DNA of 64,000 nt, taken from the NCBI RefSeq assembly GCF_037042905.1, contig NC_087263.1:14448001-14512000 (forward strand), written 5' to 3'. Source of the stretch: Lytechinus pictus. Taxonomy: Eukaryota. The notes beneath the pieces are model-generated. The model saw only the letters and a program-made list of their open reading frames with translations. It did not search any database and was not told the origin of the DNA. Shown piece by piece: positions 27,597-40,664 of this stretch. Position 1 is the stretch's first letter, and each line of letters begins with the position of its first letter. Position numbers and translations under genes: made by a program.

Positions 27597-28597
27597 CAGT
27601 TTTCATTCTGTTCTGAGACTATTGGACTACAGTTCCTACAACCCTAATGAAAGTTTGCCAGATATCGATAAACTCGCATAAATCAACCATTCGTACGTTG
27701 AATATCCATCTAAGCTGAAGCGCTTTTCAGACTAAATTAGGCAAAACGTGTGTTTTATTCCTCTTCCAAGTGCAATATGTCTGAAGTCCAACAGATTTCC
27801 GTGTTACCAAAATGTTTGACTTCAGCAAAATTTTTACCTGTATTTACTACACATTCATGTACTTTGTAACAACAACCATTTTGATCTGTACATGTAATTA
27901 TAGCTGGTGGTCTTTAAAAGTTTCTTAGGATCTGATTAAGCACCCATGTACATAATCATGTAGTGCGTAAAAGGTGTGAGTATCTTGCAGACGTCTTTAC
28001 AAAACAAACCGTAGTCTAAATAGTGAACCAAATGGTATGTTTATTATGAATATACTCGATGTTGCTCATTTAGTGTGTGTGTCATGGAATTGTGATTACA
28101 TTGTATGTATTGGTATACTTGTAGCACATGATTATTGTTTCATCCTAGTCATTCAAAGTTAATTTTAAAAACTATAAGGTTTTTAAATGTATATTCTAAG
28201 AATTTACATTGCTGTTGCTATCAGAGTTCTCTGCATGTTCACCTTAAAGGCCCAGATATTGAATTCAGTTATACATGTATGTCTGTATGTTGTTGATTAT
28301 TCAAATGTCAACAGAACCATGTTGCAGAAAGAGTTGCAATCAAACACAACTCTAAAAATCATACGCAACTTGATTTTCAGCCAATCAGCAGCGATCATTT
28401 TGGACTTGCGATTGATTTTTTTTTACTTGCTTTTAAACGCAACTCTTTCTGCAACGGACCCCAGAGTCCGGGACGAAACTGCAGTTTTGATTCACCAACT
28501 TCCGATAGGTATCTTGATTGTTCTTTGTCATGAAGGGCATTGACGATACATTTTCTGCGTTCTTGAACCCCTCGTACGTTGCGGAGCGAAACCTCCC

Positions 28598-28985
28598 TAT
28601 TATTATTATTATTATTATTACTTATTATTTGTACTGCGCTTTTCCCATTAGGCCCAAAGCGCTTACAATGAATTAATTAAATGTAATATTTTAAAAACTA
28701 CAAAGTACGAAAGAGATGAGTTTTTAATGACTTTTTGAAAATTGCTAATGTTGCAGACTGTCTAATTATTAGTGGCAGGTCGTTCCAGGATTTTGAAGCC
28801 GACACCGTAAAAGTTCTGTCACCAGCCAATGTACGAGTTAATGAATATGTGAGGCGAAGGTGATCACTGGCCGACCTAAGTGCTCTAGTTGGTGTATACA
28901 GATTCAAGCAGTTACTTAAATACTGTGGAGCCTGTTTATTCAGTGTTTTGTAGACAATCGAGTATTTTGAACGTAATTCTCTGTT
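28598..28985 (-). mobile_element. 5'-truncated L2-clade LINE with 3' stem-loop and (TAA)n tail
   Basis: YTPTRALRS...GDRTFTVSASKSWNDLP...FKKSLKTHLF*; tail aagcgctttggg...gaaaagcgc then (taa)n. Confidence 0.85.
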
Positions 28986-29870
28986 TATTGTGATGTCACA
29001 ACCTGGATCTCTCTTCTCTCTTCCCCTTTTCTTCCTCTTTCTTTTTTCCCCCTTTTACATTTTTTCCCCACTACTTGAAAAATGATAGGCATTACCCCCA
29101 AGGTGTCCCATATATATTTTACTGTCGAAGGATGATAATGTGTGTATACAGAACCAGTCGGTAAAACCTTTTCATTACCACTGACACCATCAGAGGTCCA
29201 CACAAAAAATATACTAAATATCTACCCGTTTATTTTTCATTGAGGGTGTTGTAACATATTTTAGTTCTTTATGATCAAACGCAATTAAATAATGTAATTT
29301 TAAGAAATTAAATATTCAGCTTTTTTATAGTTTTTAGATGATGCAATGTGATTGAAATTTATTTCAATTTCAAGAAAATAAATAATTCAGGGATGCTAAT
29401 TATGAGACAAAATTTTTTTAAAGGAATTTCAATATTTTGGGTCCAGAAAAAATGGGTTTTTTGTACAAATGGAACATTCTTAATGACTTTCGCACCCACT
29501 ATGTAATTAACATAAAGCATTGGTCCAAGTATTCCATTGTTCAAATTATTTCTTTCAGTTTAGATTATAAAAAGTTTGATATTTGTCTTAACAGTGTAAT
29601 AGAAGAATTAAAGAGTTGATATCCATCCGAGAAAAGGGAGTATCTTTCATACATGTATCTCCTTTTAACAGAATTTTAGAATTGATGATCCGATGATATA
29701 AAGCTCAAAATGGTGCCTGTGTTCATCTATTGGTTCTACACAGTGTAAACGCTGTTTAAAATTTAATACAGTGCTGTTACCATGTGAACCTTACAGTAGT
29801 TGCTTAACAGTTTAAACAACCATCCTTAATTTATTGACAATAGAATTTTTCTTGTGTAAGATTTTTAACA

Positions 29871-30723
29871 TTTGTTATACCCCCGCCAAATGAAGTTTGA
29901 AGGGGATATATAGGAAGCGGTGTTCGGTCGGTCCATTGCAGATCTTGCGCATTTAACTACTTCCTCAGTTTTTAGCCAATTCTCATGAAACTTGGCATAC
30001 ATGTTGCTGTTGGGGTAAAGATGTGCAAGACACATTTTTCGTATGTGTCCGAAATTTTGTTGACATGGCAACGTATTAGAGCAAAAATAAGTTAAAAATC
30101 TTGCAGTTCGAACTTCTTCCTCAGTTTTTGACCAATTCTCATGAAATTTGGCACACACATTGGTCTTGAGGTAAAGATGTGCAAGACATATATAATGTGT
30201 GTGTCCGAAATCATGTTGCCATTGTAATGACATATAATATGGTGAAAATTATGTTTGAATCTTGCTGTTTGAATTCCTTCATCAATTTTCATGAAATTTG
30301 GCTCATGCATTGGTTTCGAGGTAAAGATGCCCAAGACACATATTTTGTGTGTCGGAAATCAAGTTGCCATGATAACATATTATATGACCCAAACTAGGTA
30401 AAAGTCTTGTGGTTTGTACTACTTCATCAGTTTTCAACCAATTCTCATGAAATTTGGCTCACACATCGGTCTTGACGTAAAGATGTGCAGGGCATATCTT
30501 TCCATGTGTTTGAAATTGTGTTGCCATGGCAACAACATATGTCAAAAAAAAAAAATTGGAACTAATTCATCTGTTTTTATCCAACTCTCATGATGTTTAG
30601 CTCACACATTGGTCTTAGGGTAATTTTAGGCAAGACATATTTTTTTCCATATGTTGGAAACTGTTGCCATGGTAATGGCGTACGGGGGGGGGGGTATTAA
30701 TCACCTACAGTGATAGTTCTAGT
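29871..30723 (+). mobile_element. HINE/DINE-1-like (Helentron-associated) non-autonomous element
   Basis: 5' ttataccccc, about five ~155-bp internal tandem units, 3' gggggtat + hairpin atcac-ctaca-gtgat + ctagtttt. Confidence 0.75.
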
Positions 30724-31672
30724 TTTTACAACTTACAAATCAAATGTACTAAGACAGGCATAAAACAGACACATTTTGGTTGATGGTGAAATGGTGTTAT
30801 CTTTGGTAGATATGGAGTCACTAGTCACAGATGATTTGTAAAGGACAAATGAAAACAATAAAAGAAATAAAAATATCAATCATAAAGGGATTGATATTTA
30901 CAGGGTTCCCAGCCCATCAGGGAAATCAGGGGAACTTGTTTTCCTTTTTTCCAATCGGGGGAAAAATCAGGGATTTTGATTTTAAAAATACCTCAAATCA
31001 GGGGAAAATGCCTCAAATGAGGGAAAAATCAATGAAATTTGATCAGCCCAAAAGTCGAAAGCACGGTAGTCAGTCAGACTCTGGAATATATTTTGTTGCA
31101 TATTAAAACAGCATCCATTGAATGACTGCTTATGGTAGTACTAATGAGTTTTACATTATTAGCAGAGCTAGACTATAGTTGCCACTTTCCGACGGCAGCG
31201 GCATCGTCAACATTGAAATATTAACCTAAGGTTAAGTTTTTGAATTGCCATCAAGACTTTGAAAGTTTGGTTTATGGATCTTTAATGTAGTTCATGGAAC
31301 ATGGACATCAGAGTAATCAAGTATCACTGAACATCCTATGTGACTTTTCGGTCACATGACCAAGATCAAAGGTCATTTAGGGTCAATGAACTTATAAACG
31401 AAATCTTACCCAATGTTAAGTTTTTGAAATGTCGTAACTTTGAAATGATATGAATCTAATTTAATCTCAAATATTGCAAGGTTCATAATTATAGTAAAAA
31501 CTTTGTATGAACATTTTAAACAACGTTTTTATTTACACCTTTTTAGGTAAAGTTCAATGGCTGTTGCTTAATTTTCTTGCTTTTGTTTCTTTTATTTCAA
31601 ATGTTTTTGTATCCCCCTTGACTACTGAAAAAAATGTCATAATTATCAAGAAGCGTGTTATATTGACATAAT

Positions 31673-31984
31673 AGCCCGTATTCTGAAGTCAGGTTTAACT
31701 TAAACCATGGTCTAACTCTGTGCGAAAATTATGGAAAGTCAAATACATCACATTTTCCCCTACATTGTATTTTCTTATATTTACTGTACTCTTTCCTAGC
31801 TCGTGAATAGTGAAGAAAGCTGTCTTATCTATCCTTCCGAAACATTTAAAAATGATTTGAGAGAAAAATTACCTGACACATTGAAATTATACTGTTAGAG
31901 ATTTATGCCACTATTGGCTCTCTATAGGTAAACCACATCTTTATTTTTAAAGTTTAATTTAAACCCGACTTCAGAATACGGGCC
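31673..31984. mobile_element. Harbinger-like MITE
   Basis: gcccgtattctgaagtc / gacttcagaatacgggc; a related interrupted copy spans ~9911-10688. Confidence 0.75.
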
Positions 31985-34308
31985 GTTAGGTATAAATTTA
32001 ATCTTCGTTGACTTTTTATTCTCCATACTCTGACCATCCCAATTATGACTCTCAATACACCAGTGTTGTTCATACTTTTTGGAAATATAACTATATGATA
32101 TACATTGAAGAATCTTCTAAGTGGCTTAATATTGTGCCTAATATTTTGTGGAAATCATGATATAAATATGACACTGCATGAAACCTTGCTTGTTTTGTTA
32201 TCTGTATGACTCTGTTGGTTTATTTATGAAGAATTGCAGATGCGAAAAAGGATGTGAAGGAGCAAGGGAGGGAGGGACACACACACGCACGCAAACACAT
32301 GCACAACCTCATACATATGTTTGTAAATGCTGTGCTAGGTACAGGAACAAATTACTGTGCTTATATTATGTATGAAAGCAGGGACACACATTCCTGCATA
32401 CCGGAAGCAACTGTGGACGTTTTTGTCTGCGTATATGAAAATTCACCAGTAACCGTGGACGCAAGGGGTGTATAAAAAGTTCATACCGTTTTCCAAAGTA
32501 CTTTAACGCCATCTACGATCGATTTGAGCCCCAGTCTAAGAAAAGCGATGGCCGTCCATGTTTTATGAAAGGGCCCTCGGTTTGAAAGTGTTTTGTCTGG
32601 GAGGGCTTACCTACTCGAACACACACACCCACACTTGTGCTCACAATCACACATAGATATGCACACCCCCCCTTTTTTATCTGTCTATCTTTGTCTTTAA
32701 CTTAATTTTTCTATCGTTCCTTGGGAGAAAAAGGAATTTAAAGTAAACTTTGGGCAAATCCACGGTTAAGATTTGGAGCTGGCCTGCATTGGGGATTAAA
32801 TTTACAAAAGAAGATGACGCTTTCAAAAGATGTTTGAAGGACAGTAGCCACAAAAAGGTTACTCGAAGAATATACCGAAAGCAATAATACAATCACGATA
32901 ATTAGGGGTTTTATCCAATTTATACCAAAAATATGTCTTTACTACAAATTATATATGTAATTTTGGTTAATATCTGACCTGTGTTCGATAAGTAGATGGA
33001 CAATGTTTTATTATATCGCATTATGTTATACCTTCATTATGGTAAATTTCAATACGTAATTTCTCTTAGAGGCCAATATATTAGCAAAATTAAGTAAACA
33101 CACTTCCAAGGATAGGTATAACTGACTGTACACATTTGCGCAGGGCAGGGGCCTCGAATCGACTGAGGAGCCCAACCTAAACCTATTTTTTTTTGCTTTG
33201 ATCATATTTTATATTCTTCCTCTTTCAAATCAATAATTTACAATCACAATTCATATAAATCAAGATTTTGTACATGTATACGAAACAAAGAAATATATCA
33301 ATATCAATGAGATTGCAAATTTTCAGAATCATTACAAATGAAGTTTACTGCCCAGGGGCCCGTTTCTCAACACCTGGACAAGTTAGTCATATCTTTATAT
33401 CTACCAACTACGGAGACTGTTCCAATCTCACTAAACCTTTTTCTCGAAAGCCTTCCTAACTAGAATACCTTGATATCGATACTATCGGTAAAAAGAGCAG
33501 ACGAGACGTAGCCTTAGTCACAAAATAGCATATTTTTCAAAAAGAACAATTATGACAAAATTGCAGATATTGTGATGAATTGGGAAATACATCTTCTCAA
33601 AATAATAGCACATGTAAATTATGCATCATACATACTTAGACCATGAAGATTGGAGCATTCAATTGCTGACTAAAATCAAATTATGAATAAATCATTTCAT
33701 GACTAGAAAATCACATGTGGACGTTGAGATGGGTACCCCCGGGACATCGAATTTTAATAGTTTACGAAAGTAAACCACAATGGTTTTCTTTGTAAAATGA
33801 TGATAATTATACGCCCTTCTACGATTCCAAACATCATCAAAATATAGTTTAACAAAAACAAAAATAAATCTTTGAAACTGAAACATACGATTTGACAAAT
33901 TCTATGCATAAATTAGAGATAGAATTTATCAAAATGTTAATAGGGGTCTGAAAACGACAAATACGAGTCTAGTTATGGATGGCCTGACGTGGTAGAATCT
34001 TTATCGATTAAATCATTTTACTATTTCAAACTGAATGGTTTTGTGGCGTTTATTTTACCAACAGTTTTTATAGTTTCTTTTTATTAGAATTATCATTGAA
34101 TGCATTATCCCACTCGTTTTGTGATGTAATTTCAACCTCTATGATTGATTAAATAAGATTACTATTTTCAAATATCTAGGCACTTTTGCTTGTCATAGCC
34201 TACCCAAGTGATGCCACTACGTTATTAAGAAAGAAATTGTGACAGGTTCGGAGGTGTCATAAATATTTAGTGAGGTTGTACGTTGTACCCGATCTTGGTA
34301 AAGACTTA

Positions 34309-37300
34309 TAGTCCAGTCAATCTAGCCAGAATAGGGGGGTAACCCACCACTAATTGCAACACGAGATATTCCACTGAAATGCTTTCCAGGAAGGTCCCCT
34401 TTACAACATACTAAAAGTCCCAAGAAATCCAAGCAGTGGAAATTTATGAAATTTGCATATTATGCAAATTAGCCATGAAAAATTAGAAAAAGAAGAGAAA
34501 TAGTCCAAAAATTACAAATTGAGTGTCCAAAACAATTTAATTTGAGCGAAAATTCATGATAAATAACTGTATTCAATGTTTTCAATCAAAAGTGCAAAAA
34601 TTTCTACCTCATTTGCATATTATGCAAATAAGCATCCTTATAAGGAAAAAATGTCAAGATATTGTGATTTTTCTCATATAGACTGCTTGAAAACATTTCA
34701 TTAATGTTGACATTAATATGCTACTATATCACTAAGCATGAGAATTCATCCCAATGCCTGAAAATTAATTTGCATATTATGCAAATTAGCCATTTAAAAA
34801 AATAGAAAATGAGGAAATTAGTCCAAAGATTACAAATTAAATGTCCACAGCAAGTAATTTTGAACATGATGAATAAATAATTTTAATGTCTTTACTTAAA
34901 AAAGCTAGCAAATTTGCCTAATTTGCATATTATGCAAATAAGTATCCTTATATGGAAAATGTCAAGAAATTTAGATTTTATCACATTGACTGCAGTGAAA
35001 ACATTTCAGTTTTTCAAATTAATATGCTGCTATCACTAAGCATTTAAATCTATCCTAATATGATTTATATTCAAGGAAAAATACTGGAAATATGTTCTTC
35101 GCTTCCTAAGCGTTAGTCTGACAAGATGATGGGATTGGCAAGAACAAAGCACAGTATTTGAATTGGTGTGTAGTTTGTTAGAGTTGACAACTCTTTCTTA
35201 TATGGATGGGAACGACTTAGACTTTCTTGAAATTTCACCGCATAAACATGATAAAGGGAGGCCAGGAAAAAGCAAACTTATGGCAGGTAAGATCTGATGA
35301 GTAGTCTCATTATTAAAGAAGTGCAGCAGAGATTCCGTCTGGCCTAGTAGCTTCATGCAGGTTGTTTTCTTTAACAAATTCTTCAGTAGTCTGGCTACAC
35401 CTGCTTGACTAAACAATATGTTATCTGGCCATATCTGGGTCAGGACTGGGTCCCAGGACTTCAGCGTCATCATCATCATGATCAGTGGTGAATACTAAGA
35501 CTAAAAATCTTTGCCTTCCTTTAATAATGATATTCCAATGTAGTCATAGCTATTGATATTAAGGGCTCCCAACATGCTGATTGTTACAGCCTGGATCATT
35601 GTCAATCCGGTCAACAAATTGTGTATTATAGGCTTGTCTACGAACCGTCTTATGGTCCTCTTTAATGCATTGTAGCAATTCTGAGCTTTACCTTACTGAT
35701 GCTTTTGGAGCTCTAAAATGTGCAAGCCTTCCTAGCCTTTCTCTAAAACTCTTGACATCTTCCGACACAACTTATGTCCATTCTCTCATTGAGGCAACTT
35801 GTGTCGGAAGAAGACATGGTTAACGGTGTGTTCTTGTTAAAGTCCTCTTGATTGGCATTCAGTCTCCTATGCTCGACTTGTCGGATTTCAGTACAGAGAG
35901 TTGTATGATTGTCCAAAGTACATCTGCATGACACTATTAAAGTCAGCATTCATCCAGAAGAACATCCTTAGTCGTACCATAGAATGTTTATTCCTCTGGA
36001 TAACCTCACAGTATACCCATGAGTGGCACATTGTGGCAAATAAATCCTGGAAGTGGTACACACTGTCTAATCAATGTTGGATGGTATTTGATGGTGATGT
36101 TAAGGGTGTTCCATTATGTTGTGTCCTCTTGTTGGAAAGGCAATAATCTGGCTTAGTTCTCCATCTGGTTTGTTCATTGTCTCACTGAGGAATTTCTGTT
36201 TACCATAAATATCAGGAAATTAATATTATTATTTGCATACGAATTACTTAGAAACTATATAGCTTTAATATTTGGAGATGGTTGCCATAGGAGATTTATC
36301 AAAGAGGAAAGAACAGAAAATGGATGCTTCATCATGAAGCAGCAACTGGATTCAGCAAGAACGTCTAATTACGATTCCTGTATCTGAGAAAGATGCCTAT
36401 AATGCACTTTATAAGCCTTCATCATGAATTTATGAATGGCTTTCATGTCGCTCGTATAGGCAAATGCCCATTGTTACTCTTATTACGCATGCCCAGAGAT
36501 CTTGTGATCCTAGCAAGTACTCATATTCACCACCAAGACAAGTGATGATGATGATGGGTTCTTGTAAAGCGTCGGTATCCGCCTTAGCTGGGCGCTCATG
36601 GCGCTTGCTCAAAAATAGGAAATATCTCACAAATTTCAATGTCTTCAAACAGTGCTTATAGGATCATCATTCAGTTCAAATACTGTCCTAGTAATGCTAC
36701 AATTGAGTTATTCTTGTCTCGGGATAATGTTGGAGTGGGGAACAGAAAGGTCTCCAGGTAAGACTCAAAAGTTGATTGGGTCTCTGCTCTCCTGATAAAT
36801 TGGGGAAGGCTATTCCACAGCTTTGGTCCAGAGATGAAGAAGGCTCTGTCACCCCAGGTTGTGTGGCTGAGAGATTCCCTCAGCAATGCTTGAGCTGCTG
36901 ATCTGAGACTGCGTGTTGGTCTATGCTGAGATAAGAGCTGTGAGATGTAGGGTGGAGATTTAAATACAAGGACCCCAAGTTTATAAGCTAATTGGTGTGC
37001 TACAAGGACCAAATATTCGAAGCTAATGGGCTTTTATTTGTACGGGTGTGACATCTTGTGCTGATCACTTGGCAATCCAGGAGTTGCTAGCGTGGACTAT
37101 ACTCGCAAGAAACGCAAAGTCTCTATACAAAGTCAAGAAGAGAGCAAGACTTGGATGGAAATAATGAAACATTCAAGCAGTGGGATCCATGTAGAATGGA
37201 CTCATCATTGTACAATATGAGTGGGGTAACTGCTCGTGACAAAACTCAATATCAACCAAGCAAGAAGTGTAGGGAAGGTCATCATGGTTAATGCACATAA

Positions 37301-38349
37301 TCTACATGGAATTTTAGAGGAAAGTATCACTTACGTGTTTCCTTGAATATTTATAACATGTCGGATGCTTATTTGCATAATGTGTAAATTACACTTCAGA
37401 TATTAAGCTGATTATTAATGTATTTGCCATTCTTAGTGATCAAATCATATTGATCTAGACTGAAATGTTTTCATAACTGTTTTTGTGAGAAAAATCAAAA
37501 TTTCTGGATTTTTTCCATATAAAGATGCTCATATATATGCAAATGAGGTGGATTTATTTACGATTTTTTATTTAAAACATAAATAAATTTGTAAAACTTA
37601 TCATGGGCTTCAGTTCAATTCGTATTGATTGCACTTGATTTCCAATATTTGGATTATTTTCCTTATTTGTAATTTATTATGGCTAATTTGCATAAAATGC
37701 AAATTTTGTGATTTTCCTATATGCTTGTATATTTAAGGACTTTTAATATGGTGTTTAGGAAACCTTCCTGTAAGGTATTGCCATATTCCAATTTCAATAG
37801 ATAATCTACTTGCAATTTTTGAGGGATGTATCACCAGTGTGTTTTCTTAAATATTTATAACATGTTGGATACTTTTATTTGCATAATATGCAAATTACAC
37901 TACAGACACTAAGCTGAATACAAATGTATTCAACGTCCTTAGTGATAGCAGCATGTAAATTCCAACATTAATGAAATTTTCAAGCAGATAATGAGAGAAA
38001 ATCACAATACCTTGACATTTTTCCATAAAAGGATGCTTATTTGCATATTATGCAAATGAGGTAGATTTTTTTGCACTTTTGACAAAAAACATTGAATACA
38101 GTTATTTATCATGAATTTTTGCTCAAATTAAATTGTTTTGGACACTCAATTTGTAATTTTTGGGCTATTTTCCTTATTTTTCTAACTTTTTATGGCTAAT
38201 TTGCATAATATGCAAATTTCATAAATGTCCACTGCTTGGATTTCTTGGGACTTTTAGTATGTTGTTTAGGGGACCTTCCTGGAAAGCATTGCAGTGGAAT
38301 ATCTCGTGTTGCAATTAGTGGTGGGTCAAACCCTATATTGACTGGACTA
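34309..38349. mobile_element. Academ-like DNA transposon, non-autonomous, ~430-bp TIRs
   Basis: Termini TAGTCCAGTCAAT / ATTGACTGGACTA; 3-bp TSD TTA (34306-34308, 38350-38352); long mirrored arms; no intact transposase ORF seen. Confidence 0.8.
36740..36990 (-). mobile_element. L2-clade LINE 3' fragment inside the Academ-like element
   Basis: HRPTRSLRS...WGDRAFFISGPKLWNSLP...FESYLETFLF. Confidence 0.75.
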
Positions 38350-38694
38350 TTAGAGGGCTTTGTGAAACGGTTAGCGGACAAGTAGCTCACTATCTCCGAT
38401 TTAGTCAAGAAGTTAGACTTATGACGGTGTTGAGAAACGGGCCCCGGTTCCTTTTCCATAACAATGTGAAAGCAGAAAAAAAATAATTTCAATCGACAAA
38501 CAGACTTTGTAAATTATGACTTTTTTCCCTGAACAGAATAGAAATAATCTCTTTTGCACATAATTGTACAAGTAAAAAAAATTTATAAAAGATTACTTTA
38601 AAGGTTAAATAGAGGAAGATTATATTGCCTTAAACGTCCCTACACACTCACTTTACCCCCAATCCCATACCCCCTCCCCCTCATCTCTCTCACC

Positions 38695-40384
<1,690 letters not shown>

Positions 40385-40577
40385 CTCTCACCAGACACTC
40401 ACACATGCTCACTTCAAAACTTACCACCACCATCCCCGAGATGTCAGAATTAACGCCCTCTTGTGGCAGATCTTAACGCATCGCATTAATTCTCGAGAAA
40501 AAAATAGAGAGAAAGAAAGAAACACGGCGAATGACTGAGTGAGAGGAACACGACATGTTTTCTAATTTTTCACCACA

Positions 40578-40664
40578 ATGTGGTGTTTTGTAAGCGAAAG
40601 TCCATCCGTTGTAAGAGAATATAGAATACCACATTTGGAATTAGGACAAGTTCTATATGACAGA
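40578..40664 (+). CDS. MYLIP: MYLIP-like exon 1
   Basis: [29 protein letters not shown], 87 nt, donor gtaagt; resembles the MYLIP start MLCYVTRPDAV. Confidence 0.75.

Larger units (their letters stand above)
33356..38444. mobile_element. Harbinger-like non-autonomous element (~1 kb of its own sequence) hosting the Academ-like insertion
   Basis: 19-bp TIR GGGCCCGTTTCTCAACACC / GGTGTTGAGAAACGGGCCC; flanks CAG and CGG. Confidence 0.75.

Noticed and set aside
28470..28597. Short open frame on the minus strand next to the L2 tail
   Set aside because: No splice context or recognisable homology; it is wedged between repeats and is probably a repeat fragment.
35500..36660. Academ transposase remnants
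   Set aside because: Only short ORFs with no motif I can identify confidently; a translated profile search would be needed.
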